Source: Parasitella parasitica NRRL 2501 (taxonomy: Eukaryota > Fungi > Mucoromycota). From it: a DNA stretch of 64,000 nucleotides. The DNA lies in assembly GCA_025201805.1 (NCBI GenBank), contig MU619260.1:181569-245568 (forward strand), in the 5' to 3' direction. The stretch's first letter is position 1. Each line of letters begins with the position of its first letter. Below the pieces are notes generated by a model, which was not told the origin of the DNA, ran no database searches, and saw nothing but the letters and a program-made list of their open reading frames with translations. Position numbers and translations under genes: made by a program. Shown here in pieces: positions 12,620 through 27,100 of the stretch.

Positions 12620-14151
12620 ATGGACGCATTATTTTCACGGTTGACATTTAACAAGCTTTGTGTAGCGGCTTTTCTCCTTCGAGTCCTATTGCTACTGTAT
12701 GGAGAATACCAAGACACTTATTTTACAGTCAAATACACAGATATCGACTATGTGGTCTTTACAGATGCCGCACGCTACATCACAGAAGGAAGATCGCCTT
12801 ATCTACGAGAAACATACCGATATACACCTCTGCTAGCTCTCATGTTGACACCCAATATTTTCTGGTTTAGGTCGTTTGGCAAGTGTCTATTTGCAAGCGC
12901 AGATTTACTATGTGGATATTTGATTCATCGCATTTTAGTGTTGCGTGGTATGCGATCCACCACCGCACTGAAGTTCGATGTACTTTGGCTTTTGAATCCT
13001 ATGGTTGCTAATATTTCTACACGCGGGAATGCTGAATCATTACTGGGCGCTATGGTGCTAGGCACATTCTATCTGATTTTGACAAGGAGATGCTTTTTTT
13101 CAGCTTGTCTTGTGTTTGGACTTTCTGTACATTTCAAAATCTATCCTGTAATTTATGCGATACCTTTACTAACGTTATTGGGTGATCAATACGGCAATCC
13201 CTTCCAGCAATCCACTTTTCTAGTCAAGGTTCAAAATATCAGATTTCGGTTAATTCATAAGTTGGATCAAAAAGCGGCACAGGAGAATAGCGTGGCAGCT
13301 ACCATTGCAAACAGAGTTGTTGTCTTTTTATCGCCTGCGCGCATTATATTTGGTTTTATCAGTGCTTTTGTGTTTTTTGCATTGTCAGGTTTGATGTATC
13401 AGCAGTAGGTACCAGGAAACCATGACTCATTCCTATCCGTTAATGAATTTACGTAGGTACGGTGACGAATTCATGGAGCACACTTATCTGTACCATGTTA
13501 CAAGAGAAGATCACCGTCATAATTTCTCTATTTGGTTCTACCAGATGTATCTTGGCATTGAGAATACAAGTGCATGGATGGGCTTGATAGCATTCATACC
13601 TCAATTAGCATTAGTGGTTGTCATTGGTATTGCATTTGGAAAAGATATATTCTTTGCTACTTTTGTGCAAACGTTCGTATTTGTTACATTCAACAAAGTC
13701 ATCACTTCCCAAGTAAATTTGTCAACACATGCTAACTGTGATCTGTACTCACACAGCTTTAAAAAAAAATAGTATTTTATGTGGTATATATGTCTGTTTC
13801 CATTGATTTTGCCTTCTACAAACATCAAGTTTAAAGGAAAAGGATTATCGCTGTTATTTGCTTGGGTTGTCGGGCAGGTATGTTTATGTCAACAGGGAAA
13901 AAAAAACTTTAGTTATAATACTCCAATAATCAACTTAGGGCCTTTGGTTGAACTTTGCGTATCGATTGGAATTTTTGGGTCAAAATACGTTTTTACAGTT
14001 ATGGGCTGCAGGAGCACTGTTCTTTGTCATAAATTGCTGGATTGTAGTTGAGCTCATATTGAATCATCAGTATGACCCTATATATAGTAGTAGTGGACGT
14101 ATACGATGGGTGTGGGGAAATGGTGACCCAGGATCAAAACGCTTACAGTAA
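12620..14151 (+). CDS. GPI14: GPI mannosyltransferase I (PIG-M)
   Basis: VKYTDIDYVVFTDA, TYRYTPLL, ISTRGNAES, HFKIYPVIY, DHRHNFS, FNKVITSQ|YFMWY; multi-TM; 4 exons. Confidence 0.95.
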
Positions 14152-16360
14152 TAAAACTATCAAAAATTATGATAATTGCATTGATTTCCTGTCTTCATAA
14201 CGCCATATAAGAGCAGGAAAGTAACGGTCCCGTTAGAATATTGTGTTGAAATGGCCATTTTTCGGTGCTGGCAATTTCAAAGTTATAGTCAATCATCAGT
14301 AATGTTTTAAATGATCACAGTACTGTTCTAAAATCATCAGACAAAGTCAGGTAGCCCAGGGTTGTAACAACATATGGAACCTGAGTGATTTCATTATATT
14401 ATATTTTCAAGAATTATGGTAGTTTAGTGTGAATGACCTACAAAGATAGTGGCATATTACAATCTGTTGACAGGTGCAACAGATTAGCAGACATTTTCGC
14501 GATCGACTAGATCTTTTCCGTCTTATGGAAATCGATAATATGTCTTTTCAAAGCTTTGAAAAGAAGCTTCATTCATTTAAAAGTAATTTTTTATTATTTG
14601 TCTATTCAATGCTCAATTCGAAAGCATACATGGTTTTTGATCATTTGTCTGTTACTTTGACAGCTCGAGTCGCATGGCAAAAAGTGAAAAAAAAAAAAAG
14701 TAGAGTGATGCTGCATGATCAGAGAATTATTTCTGTACCAATTTTAGTTTCTCATAATTGCGTAAACCTCGCAATAAATTACTTGATAATGTTAGATTTT
14801 CACACCCAATAGTGAGGATCTGCATGTATAGATAATATCAAATATTTTGTTGCTGAATCCATTGTTATACCTATATGAAGATGAGAAGTGTGTCAATTAA
14901 AGCGCCTATTTGTGTTTTGGTGTTACAAAAGCATCAAAGCAACATTTCAGGTACTTTTTGCAGTAAATGATCAGCATTTATTTCATTATGTAATGTGTAG
15001 TCATTGTTTCATAGCTTTTCGTACATGAAATAACTCTTGTGACAAATCGTCAAAATTTTATGACTCTATTTCAAAGATTGAGAGAAAAAGTAAACACTGC
15101 TGTCATTTGGCAGTTTCCGAAAAAAAAGTTTAAGAAAATGATAAAAGTCATGGTGATTGTGATAATATATATTAGGGTTTCTGGTAGCAAATATTTATTT
15201 CTGATAAAAGCTAAGAAGTTTCTGAGAGAAGAGAGTAATTGCTTTAATGTGTTTCAGTCGGATTGAAGCTATTAAGAGAATGTGTTGTGAAATAAGCTAT
15301 CTACATCATATTTTAAAGTTCAAGGTAGTCTAAAAAAAAAGGTTACGGTTGTCTATTGGCAAGCATCTGTGAATCTGGGTGTAAGTGTGTATATTGCCTT
15401 TGGACCAAAAACCTTTAATTGGATTCAGGTACGGAGAGGGAAGTTGAAGATAAATATATTAATGTCCTTTGAACTTCATACATTTCTATACAGATAATTT
15501 TTTTATGAATGGGTATCTTATCCTGGGGCAGATTACTTCCGTTTCTCTGCCATTTTCTTATACCTTCAGTTGATTTGGCGTCTTCTAGTGTAGACGGTCT
15601 CTTGTCAGACAAGCACCAAGCTGGGCTCTCTATACTCAGTTGCACAGTAGAACAGTCAGTCAAGCCTGTGCTATTTTTTCCATAATTTTGGAATTGAGTG
15701 TCTTTGTAAAGCCAGCGTAGCTTTTGGGCACCTAATTTCTTTTTTCTTTTTGGGGTCAACGCGAACTTCAGTGTGTTATTGCCAGAAAAAAGATAAAAAC
15801 TGTAAGAAAACAATGTTGGAAATATCAAACACAAAAACAAGTAATGCAATGTAATGCATTAAACTATAAGGCATCTTTTAATTGCATAATTGCAAAGCTT
15901 AAAGCAAGTTTTTGTACTTTTTTAGTTGAAATCAAATGAAGGTAGCGACTTTTCTGACAAAAGTATTTTTCAAAATCAGAGCGTGAGGTCTTCAGGCCAG
16001 GTGCAGACATGCAAGTGCTACCATTAAAAAGCCAAGAAGCACAGAATTCAAATAAATTATGCCTCAATTGTTTTTCTCTTGAATTGGGTCAGCCATAGCT
16101 TCATAAAGCTAATACTTTCTTGAAAAAAACACCATTATATTTTTTTTGAAAGCGGAGATTGAACGTATCCAAAATCAGGAAGAAAACATTCTTTCAAAAA
16201 CTCCATTTGGACATTTCAAAAACAAAATTACTGTCACCTTTCTTCCCGCTATTCCTCACTTTGTGTAGGTCTAATGGTGATTTGAATTTTTCAAAACGAC
16301 CTCGTCAATCGTAGAAATGGTCAACGACTCTCCTTTACCTCTGCTCTTATACCCTGACGC

Positions 16361-16750
16361 NNNNNNNNNNNNNNNNNNNNNNNNNNNNNNNNNNNNNNNN
16401 NNNNNNNNNNNNNNNNNNNNNNNNNNNNNNNNNNNNNNNNNNNNNNNNNNNNNNNNNNNNNNNNNNNNNNNNNNNNNNNNNNNNNNNNNNNNNNNNNNNN
16501 NNNNNNNNNNNNNNNNNNNNNNNNNNNNNNNNNNNNNNNNNNNNNNNNNNNNNNNNNNNNNNNNNNNNNNNNNNNNNNNNNNNNNNNNNNNNNNNNNNNN
16601 NNNNNNNNNNNNNNNNNNNNNNNNNNNNNNNNNNNNNNNNNNNNNNNNNNNNNNNNNNNNNNNNNNNNNNNNNNNNNNNNNNNNNNNNNNNNNNNNNNNN
16701 NNNNNNNNNNNNNNNNNNNNNNNNNNNNNNNNNNNNNNNNNNNNNNNNNN
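16361..16750. other. Assembly gap (390 N)
   Basis: Run of N. Confidence 1.
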
Positions 16751-18546
16751 AAAAAAAAAAAAAAAAAAAAAAAACAAAATTACTGTTTGTAGGCAAAATA
16801 TCATCCTTTGATACTATGCATACCACGGCTGTCAGCCTATGATAATAGCTGTATTTTTGAGCACTCTACATGCTGGTATCATTTCATAATTCCTGTACGC
16901 TTATGGAAGGAATTCTGATGAGAAAACCTCAAAAGCAGATTAAGAGGAAAAAGTCAACATTCTGCTTAATCAGAGCGCATTTCCAGTCTTTCAGATCAAG
17001 GAATGGTCTTTTACGATCATTTTCCTCTAATATAAGCTATAGTAAAAAGTCGCATTTTTGAGGTCAAAATTGAGGATAATGCACTTTCGATGATTTTGGA
17101 TGTGTGGGTACAAGGAAAAAATTGAAAAAATCCGTCAATTTGCATCGAAAAAAAAAATCATGCTCAAATTGCACCAAAATCATATATAATGTAGTTTTTT
17201 TCCAATGAATACTATTTCTGGTGTTTCAAGGGCACTTCTGATTATGAACATCAACCAAAAAATGGCACAGGAAGCTAAAATTCTTGCTTTTAAGCTTTAA
17301 AAAATATCTATCTGGAGATGATATCACGTCAATATCAATTCTAATACATAGTACAGCTCTAGAAGGTAAGTATTTTTGATGCCACAATATACCTTCTTCA
17401 TATTAATATGATAAAACAGGTGTGGCCCATCGAGTTGGAAGCATAAGAAGAAAATTAATGAATACTTTGCTGCAACAATCCCTTGTTATTGTGAATAATT
17501 CATAATTTGTTAATTGCTAGTGACAGAGAAGCTCTATTATCATTGTTGCTTAAAATAATACTTGATGCCAATTCAAGAGTCCCTTTTTTTTCTAATTCTA
17601 ATGCTAAGCATGTAAAATGAAAAGTAGAATAGAGGTTAGGATTGAGGTTGAGGGTACTTTTACTAAAAAAAATTAAGCCTCATGATAAGCTTCTGGTAGA
17701 TCCCAAGTTCCAGGCTCTGTACAGTACTGTAGAGTATCATATTCTGAATAGGAGATAACTCGCTATACCAAACACATTTTTGTGCATCGATCCGTCCGTT
17801 ATAACGAGTCCCGACTTTATATTCTTGACTTTGATATTGGATATGCTGACTTAACTCAATAAAATGATAATGTGAAGTTACAAACAGAGATTGTCGTCAT
17901 TTGCTTGTGTAATCTTTGAAAAGGCATATAATTAAAGGAGAACAGAATGAAATTTTTGGTTTAAACTTAGATTCAGGGATAAACTGCCATTGTGTAAATG
18001 AATAATTTGAAGGATACGTACAACTTAATGCCTTACTAGTATATGCACTTTGATAGTTTAATACTTTGATACTTTGATACTTTGACCTTTGCAGTTCTAT
18101 AGACTTGTCTAAATAATTGAGCTTCTTTAGATGTCTAATACCTAACGGCTATATCTGAAATAATTTATCAACATTTAAACATTAAGAAATTCAAACAATT
18201 TTGTTTTGCGGCCGGTTGGTGATTGTTCAGTTTCAGGTTCTGTATTTATATGTCAATAGTGTTGATAAAAGCCAAAATTAAAATGATTTTCCCTGGTTTT
18301 CAAATGTCCTTTTGATATGACTCAATTGTACTACTCTTTACCAGTAAAATATAACCATTTCTAGTGGTGAAGTATTAGATGTCCCGGCAAGGGTTTTAAT
18401 TTATAACTGACTATTCATGTTTTCGCAAGTGTATCAAAACGAGTCATCATCAAAGTTTAAGCGAATAAAATAAAAATTCAAACTCTTAAAATTTGCTATT
18501 CGCTTCTCCTTTCTTTATCCATTTTTTCCTCAAGTAGTAATCAAAA

Positions 18547-19164
18547 ATGTCACAAGCATCTGGACCTGTTGCAAACAAATTTGTACAAAAGCTCGCTTCG
18601 AAAGAATTTAGAAACTACTTGATGAGGTAAGTCTGTAGGATAACAAAAAAAAAGAGGGCAATGCGATATTAACATGCGTTCAGTACCGTATGTATTGAAA
18701 GCTAAACCTTTTTATATTTTACGTGTTTAAATGTAACATTTCTCTACAGCATTTCTGGGGACCTGTTGTTAACTGGGGTATTCCCATTGCTGCCATTGCC
18801 GACACTCAGAAGGATCCCAGTTTGATTTCTGGAAACATGACAGTAGGTATGTATTGCACGTTCCTNNNNNNNNNNTTATTTAACCAGCTGTTAGCTTTAT
18901 GTATCTACTCTGGTCTTTTTATGCGCTTTGCTTTAGCTGTTAAGCCCATCAATTATTTATTGTTTGCTTGTCATGCTACAAATGAAGTCGCTCAATTAAC
19001 ACAAGGCTATCGTTTCCTTCAATATAACAAGTAAGTTGGTTAATCAATTAGAATATTGCGAAGGAAGGGTGATGCCAGACTCCATTTTCTTTACTTATCC
19101 ATTCGATAGATTTGGTGGCAAAGAGAAAGTAGAAGCTGAAAAGCTGGTCAAACAACAAGAATAA
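18547..19164 (+). CDS. MPC1: Mitochondrial pyruvate carrier 1 (5 exons including a 4-nt microexon)
   Basis: FRNYLMS|T|[50 protein letters not shown]. Confidence 0.93.
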
Positions 19165-20063
19165 ATAAAAGAAGAAAAACTGTATTTTATTATAAATTTT
19201 CATATTATTAGATCTCTAATGTTGTTCTTGTATTGATACCAATATTCTCAATTGCACGAGAAAAAGCTTTGCTATCGATTGGTTTTTGCGAATCTACATT
19301 ATAGAATGGATTGCAAACATTGGAAACATACGTTGTATGTATTTTACGAAAAAGCTATAAAAAGTCTTAATTTTAAGGTGCCACAAATTCCAATTAAATT
19401 TTACCGTTTTCATATCAGCATCACGGATGATACCATCTGTTACTGAGACAACCACGACTAATTTGACTCGGGTATTGGTAATATATCCATATCTACTTTG
19501 TATGTTTAGTTGCCATGATTACCATAAAACCAGATTATCTTACACTGCTAAATCTTCCATAGCATACAGTAATCCTAGGTACAAGTCGAGATTTTTCGGT
19601 CCATTTGAAACTAGAAAACATTGTATAAATACTTGTTATGTCTCAATATGTAAGAGACAATAATACCTCGTTCTTCAATGACATCTATTGAGGTATGTGC
19701 TATGTAATGATACTTCAAGTCTGGGTGGGAGGTACTGAAGTTCTTGATGAATAACGGGTTATTCTATTTCAAATGAGAAAACTGTTAAATCAACTTGATC
19801 CTCGCGTTTTTCAAGTCTTAAATAATAGTGGGATAAAGTATTTACTTGTTTTCCAATCAATGCAATACAGTTTATTTCGCTACTCATGGTTATATTATGT
19901 TGAATACTAATAAAAGGAAGCGATAACACCGTACTGTATCAATTTCATATTGACCGAAAAAGGGAAAGTCAGTCCTTGTTTTTGCAAATATACCTTTTAT
20001 TCACCACACCAGACTTGCCGTTAATTTCTTTCTTTTAACACTAAAATAAAACTCTTTTTAAAA

Positions 20064-21461
20064 ATGAACGTAGATGCTTGTATTGAATCTATCAAAGAAT
20101 GCAAATATCTTCCTGAAAACGATATGAGACAGCTATGTAGCAAGGTATCGTATGTAAAAACTCCCTCTTTGTAGCTTGTTTGTAAAACCGCTTGACCTAG
20201 TTGAAAGAAATATTGGCTGAAGAGTCTACAGTTGTACCTGTAAACGCACCAGTGACATTGTGTGGTGATATACATGGGCAGTTTTACGATCTTGTCAAGA
20301 TATTTGAAGTGGGCGGTGACATTCCTAGTACATCGTATATATTTATGGTAAGCATGCGACTAGTAACAATGCAACTCAAGTATCTTATAGTACGAATCTA
20401 CAAATTTAGGGCGACTTTGTTGATCGAGGTAGATACTCATTAGAAACACTTACATTGTTACTACTTTACAAACTCAAGTAAAGTGCACCATTACAACGAA
20501 ATTTGCATGATTATTCAATTAACTGAGTCATAAATAGATATCCCGATCGTATTACACTTACAAGAGGTAATCATGAGAGTCGCAATGTCACTCGAGTGTA
20601 TGGGTTTTACGGTAAGTTGTAACTAAAGGAATACGGTATTATAAATAGCTTATTGCTTTCGATATAGATGAATGCTTGGCTAAATATCAAAATTCAAGAG
20701 TTTGGGAATGGTGTTGTACTGTGTTTGATTATTTACCTCTGGCTGCAGTAAATTCTATTACTGATCTGTCGTGTAATACATGAAATTAAACTACTCCATG
20801 CAAAATTAGGTTATTGATGGATCTGTGTTCTGTGTGCATGGCGGTTTATCACCGGAATTACCTTCTATCGATTCAATTCGGTAAATACGCAATCACTGTA
20901 ACCGGGTAAATTGGCTAATACAATTTCATAGTACGTTATTTCGAATGCAAGAGCTGCCACAGAGTGGTGGTCATTGTGGTAAGCTACTGAAGTGAATGAT
21001 TAAGTTTCCCAAAAGCTAATATAGTGCTCTCGTATAGATCTACTATGGTCTGATCCTGAAACTCAGGTAGATGCATGGGCAATCAGCCCCAGAGGAGGAG
21101 GATATCTATTTGGACCATTACCAACAGCAGCAGTAAGACAATAATGCCACTGAATTGCATACTTGCTGATAATTATTTTGTATAGTTTTGTCATAATAAT
21201 GGTATAAATTTAATTGTTAGAAGCCACCAATTGGTAGACGAAGGCTACAACTATCCATTCGAAGAAGGGAATCTCGTTACACTGTGGTCAGCACCAAACT
21301 ACTGTTATCGTTGTGGCAATAAAGCTGCCATTTTAAAAATACCAGACCAAGACAGACCAATTGTTTCCACAGACTACACAATTTTCCTAGAAAATGATGT
21401 GCAGGGAGAAACAAGTAACAATGCTGCTGGGCAAGGGCCTGGTAGTCAATACTTTTTATAA
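20064..21461 (+). CDS. PP2A-related (PP4/PP6-like) Ser/Thr phosphatase catalytic subunit, ~10 exons
   Basis: [59 protein letters not shown]-terminal YFL. Confidence 0.93.
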
Positions 21462-21568
21462 AAAGAGTTTTTTTTTTTTTTTTTTAAAAAAAAAAACATA
21501 TGTATTTTGTAGCAACATTTGAATAATTATAAAAAAATTCATCCAAGTATGTATCGTATATCAAATTT

Positions 21569-22007
21569 TTATAAAATGCAACATGGCCTCTTTGCTTTTT
21601 TAGGCAGAGGGGGCTCTAATGCGGCAACTATTGCTTCGTCAAACACATTTTTCAAGCCCTTTTGAGTCAATGCAGAGCACTCGACGTATTTAACGGCTCC
21701 AAGTTCTTTGGCTAGCGTTTCCCCTGAATCAAAACTAATAGGTTTTTGCTTTTGTTTGTCTAGTTTTTCCCTCACAGCTGGCTCATCTCGTAAATCGACT
21801 TGTGTACCTACAATTAGACAAGGTACTCCAGGGCAATGATGATGAACTTCTGGAAACCATTTCTCCTTCACATTTTCAAACGATGCTGGCGAGGTAACCG
21901 AAAAACAAACAAGGAATACGTCTGTTTGAGGATACGAAAGAGGACGAAGACGATCATAATCCTCTTGACCTGCTGTATCAAACAATCCTAATGTATAAGG
22001 CTCGCCT

Positions 22008-22051
<44 letters not shown>

Positions 22052-22487
22052 CATTATGAGATCAACTTAAAAATGAATAGTACCAATCATTACTGTCACT
22101 GCATAGTTATCGAACACCTTTTTGGAAAATGAGTCGATGAATACATATATCATTTCCTTATTAATAAACTTACTGTAGGAACATATTCCGAAGGAAATTT
22201 GTTGGTAGTGTAGGAAATCAAGAGACAAGTCTACATGAATTAATAAATTAATGAATTCAGCATGTTATACTCCTGCGCCAATACCAAACAAACAAAAAAA
22301 CAAAAAAAAGAAGGGAATAAAACTCCCTTCATAATTTCTGGCTTGATTTCTCCTTCCTCTTTTGATTCATGTATGATGGAGCCATCACACAAATACTGGG
22401 GCAATTCCAAATATAAAAAATACAAATGATACGTACTTTACCAACAGCACCATCACCGACGACAACACATTTGATTGTAGGTACCAT
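21569..22487 (-). CDS. CDC42: Rho-family GTPase Cdc42 (4 exons)
   Basis: [14 protein letters not shown]|[19 protein letters not shown]|[11 protein letters not shown]|[30 protein letters not shown]...CCIL. Confidence 0.97.
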
Positions 22488-24154
22488 ATTTGATTACTGA
22501 AATAAACTGTTGAAAGGTATTTGTTTGAATGTGCTTTTTCAAAAAATCAAAGATAAAAGAAATATAAAAAGAGAAAGAGAGAAAAAGAGAAAAAGAACAA
22601 GAAAAGGGACAGGAATACAAATTATCTTTGATAAAATTACTTGTGCTTTCCTCTAAAACAAGTAGATGCGCTTGCTTACCAAAGCCAGCCCTTTTTGCCG
22701 AAATAAGAAATAGAATCAAGGGATCAAGGGTAAAGAAATAGCATTCAGGCCAGGTGGCATTTTCGAGTGCCTTTTTTTCCCTTTTGTTATATTGATTGAT
22801 CTTATAAGGGGTACTAACAATGTCTTATTGTCTATTCCTTATCAATGCCAATACATTTGTATGATATAAATCACTCGGGATAAGTCATGCCGCTTATTTG
22901 GCAACCTCTTTCATCCATGTCCACCATGACGCAGACACATACAATGCACATGTTAGCAGCGCATACACCCTTAAATACCAGAAAAGAGATTATGAAGCTA
23001 CTCTAAATCAACCGATTCAGTTAAATGTAGCGCATACATACACATATATGTTCATAATCATTTAAACCCATGATGTCCCTTGTTTATATCCCTCCTTCTT
23101 TGATTTAAATTATTGATCCACGTTCTGGGTACAGACAAATAAGCTTGAGAAAATGGCAAGGAAAAACATTGCCTCTTTGATTACAGTGTAGAGTGAGTTA
23201 TCTACACAGCTCATAATTTATAACATGTATTTCTACATGTAATTCAATAATTCATAACTGAAATGTAATCATATCTACAGGCATTGAATCATCCCAGTAA
23301 CCTTGAGCATATTGCTACCAACCAAAAGTTATATGAAAATAAATTCCGAGGCCATATTTTACAAAAGATTCACACAAAGTTACATTGCTTATAGTATCGC
23401 GTCTCGCTTCTCAACTGAAGATAGTTAATCACGGGCAAAGCATGAAGTACATGGCGAAAATATATCTTGGTAGAGCCTTTTCAATTGGAAAACATTCGGC
23501 ATACCGGTACAATTACAAATTGGCGCAAAGGAATCAAGAGTATCCTGCCTAGGTTTGAAAGACACTTGCTATCGTCACATCTTATCTGGCTGCTTAACGT
23601 CCACAAAACCGACAGAAAGCTGGCTCTGTTTGATGGATTTGACCTTGTTGGCATATATTTAATACCAGCCAACATGCTGAAGGAAAGTACATGCATACGA
23701 TTTCCTTGTCGTTGACACATATGATAGAAAATCAGCAAAGATGTTTGTTTTTGGGGTTGAATATGTCCAGACTTTCAAACATACCACTATTCTCGACAAA
23801 GCACTTGCATTTATCGAATACATCAACTAAACTATCGACCAAACGAGCTTTTGTTTGTAAACCCAACTCAATCAGCAATGTATACGATTATGTGCGCTAT
23901 GTTAATTTTAAGCTTTTTCTCCACAGTGGCGGATGGCTGATTAGGGTTAATAAATCCATGTGGTAATGGTGGAGGTGGTGGTGGTGGACGCGTCATTTAG
24001 AGACTATCCTTTTTCTCCTTTTTGACCATTTGGTTGGTTTTTTTTTAACCATATATCGAACTTTATCCTTCCTTTCCTCATTTTCATACATAGATAGAGT
24101 TATCTAGTACATATATACACATCTATCTATCTATATATACAAACCCTAGAGATC

Positions 24155-27100
24155 ATGATATCATTGTCTGTGGTAAAAGATGATGAGGACCATACTATGC
24201 ATTATGCCCAAAGCTTGCCTTATGCCGATAAACTCGAGTATGAGGCTCAAGATTGGCTTGGCTCGATATGCACCAATTTAACCATCAGCATTAAAGCAAA
24301 AGATTTCAAGGCGGGGGCGGTTGCTTGGACAAAGCACTTATCAAAGTATGTTTTTTTCTTGTACGCAGACGTCCAATCTACTAACAGGGCCGTACAATAG
24401 TTATCTAGATATGAAACATGCTCTTCCTCGGGAAACAAGGGCCAACTTGGCAAAACTGTTATTTGAAATGGTCATCATGCCTGGTATGGATTATACCTTG
24501 ATAGATTTTTGGTCAAACAATTGTATACGATTGATTAGGTAAGTACATAATTTCCATGACAACTGCATTTTAATTAATATTGTTTATACAAACACTTGGT
24601 AGACATAAAAAGAGACTGGACCCTGAAGATCTTGGATTGGATTGGCGTCCATTATACGATATGATTGAAAGGGCATTGTTTCCTAAAAATCGACAGAGGG
24701 CCATGCTCAACGAGAGTAAATACATGTCTACAGTGCTTCGATTAGTTGGACATGCCCAGCGATTTTTTTCACCCAGCGCACCCGCAGAGATGCTGCAAGA
24801 GTTCCTACCGAAATTCACTACCCACTCTATTCCTGACGCTATCCGGGCACAAGGCTATCTAGTACTGTTTCTGCCTGTAGATTATCACACTCAACATACA
24901 ATACACGCAGAGGATTATTTACCCACAATTTTCTCGCTATGGTCTATTTACACAAATTCAAATGTCTATGATTCTCAATTCACATATCTGGTTTCTTGTA
25001 TTGCCGAGAATCATCTGGATTATGGAAGTAATCAAGTCGGGCTATTCACCAAGCAGCAGGTTCAGTTGATATTCACAGCTGGCTTAAGAATATTCAACTT
25101 GCCAGTTGGTAGCCGCAGTGATGGCGGTAGTTCGGCGGGCGGTGCAGCAGGAGGCACTACAACAGGCTACGGTAACCTAGGCTTGAAGCATGACCAAAAG
25201 GCTTCAACTTCTCTATTTCTTCGTAGGCGTCCAGTGAGTTAATGCCAAGTGATTTGCGAGAGTTATTCTGACATTTTGCACAGGATAAAGTCAAGTCCTT
25301 GTCTCGTTTCATCATCTACACGATTATGCCGGATCAAGAGAAGAACAGCACCGGTTTCTCTCTTTCGTTGTTATCCGACATGATCCAAGCAACAGAACTT
25401 TACTTTCACCCTTCCAACCATGGCAGCTGGTCATACTTGCTGACATACTTTGTGCGACATTTATCATCAGAATTTTTGAAACGTTGGAGAAGGGAGCAAG
25501 AAGAGGATTGCACCACACCACAGCATCGTAGATTAACAATGGAGATTCGCAAAAATTTTGTGTTAATGCTAAGACCAGTGCTATACATCAGCATGTTTGG
25601 TAAAGACCATTTTACAGTGAGTGCAACTCAAGCCACTCTCAAATCACTTGCATGGCTTGAACCGTCATTGATATTCCCTGGATTGTTGGAGCGCATCTAC
25701 CCGTCATTGGAAACACTGACAGAAACACATCGAACCTCAAGCGCTCTTGGCATCCTATCAGACATTGCATTGCCTTTGTTTTCACGCGAAAATTACGCAG
25801 CAGGCGGAAAGCATTTGCTTCCTCTGCTGCATCTGGCTATCCCAGGCATTGACATGAACGATCCTGTCAAAACCATTGCTTCACTTATGTTTATTTCGAC
25901 TGCGCTCATGACTATTCCCATCATTGACATGTCTCAGAAACAGGATGGTTATTACCCCACTGAAGAGTACATTGATGACCCCAGCGCCATATTATCTCGC
26001 GAAACAGAGGATTACCTCGTTAAGGCTACTACCGGCGAATTTGAAGAATGGCTTGCCAAGTTCATGGACCGAGTTTTCACTATCTTTGAAAACTTACCTC
26101 AGGAACACCATAAAGAACACGGCAGCAGTAGCGGTAGTAATGGATCTACTATGGAGACTGGACTGACACAAATGCTTTTGCACACTTGTGATATCATCTT
26201 TGGTCAACTATCTGATGAATTGTACGACTTAGCATTGCGTCTAATCGTAGAGTTTGTATCTGACCGTGTACTGCCGAATGCTGTGCGTGGCGTAGGCCTT
26301 TTGTGCGATGCAATCACAGCTGCTCAACCCAGAAAGGCTGCCAAGGCGTTTATTCCGCTTTGCATCGCCAACATTCACGCAGAACTGGAGGATGGCGCTG
26401 CGTCTACTGCCACACATGCTGCTGCTTCCAACTTGATTCAGTCCGACTCTACTTTCCACTGGTATCAAAACATCTTGTTCTGTGTGGTTTGCAACTTGGG
26501 ACCTGAAATTTTACCTTACAAGCAAGATGTTGTCGCCGTTACGCGTGCCATGATCCAACAGTGTCGTAGTCGTCGTGGCATGATGTGGACTGGTAAACTG
26601 TTGAGAAACGTGCTCTTGACTCTACTCAACGTCTTTCCCAAGGATACAAAAAGTATGCGCCCTTCTCAATGGAATGATAAAGAGTTTATGTCGAAGCACG
26701 CTCATCAAATGTGGGGCCAGCTTGGTGATCCTACCAATATCGAAATTCAATGGCATGTTCCCTCTGAACCTGAGAAAGATTTCGCCCTGGAATTCTTGGG
26801 TGAGTTCCTGGCACCTTCGATGCAACGTTTGAAAGAACTCATTAACCAAGAACCCGCCAACAGCCACGAAATCAGCAACGAATTCTGCCGTCATTTGGCA
26901 GTGGTGAGAAACTGTTTGATGGGAAGTTCAGCCATGGTGAGCGATGATGGCGTTTCAGATCTACACAGCTTGGATGCCATGGTAATTGACAGCACAACTG
27001 AAGAGGAAGACGATGACGACGAGGCAGAGTCTATACCACAGCAAGAACTGGTAGTAGGCTATGCTTTCAGCGACCCTGCTGACCCCCGCACTGAACAGGC

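Noticed and set aside
16271-16826. ORFs spanning the N run
   Set aside because: Artefacts of unknown bases
14300-17600. Possible decayed DNA transposon or gene around the N gap
   Set aside because: Only short broken ORFs with no recognisable motif and no terminal repeats found; the gap prevents assessment
18047-18092. ctttgata x ~5 as a regulatory array
   Set aside because: Simple 8-bp minisatellite with no supporting context
21569-22054. Poly-Lys N-terminus on Cdc42 in the ORF track
   Set aside because: The A-run is intronic; the true N-terminus is in upstream exons
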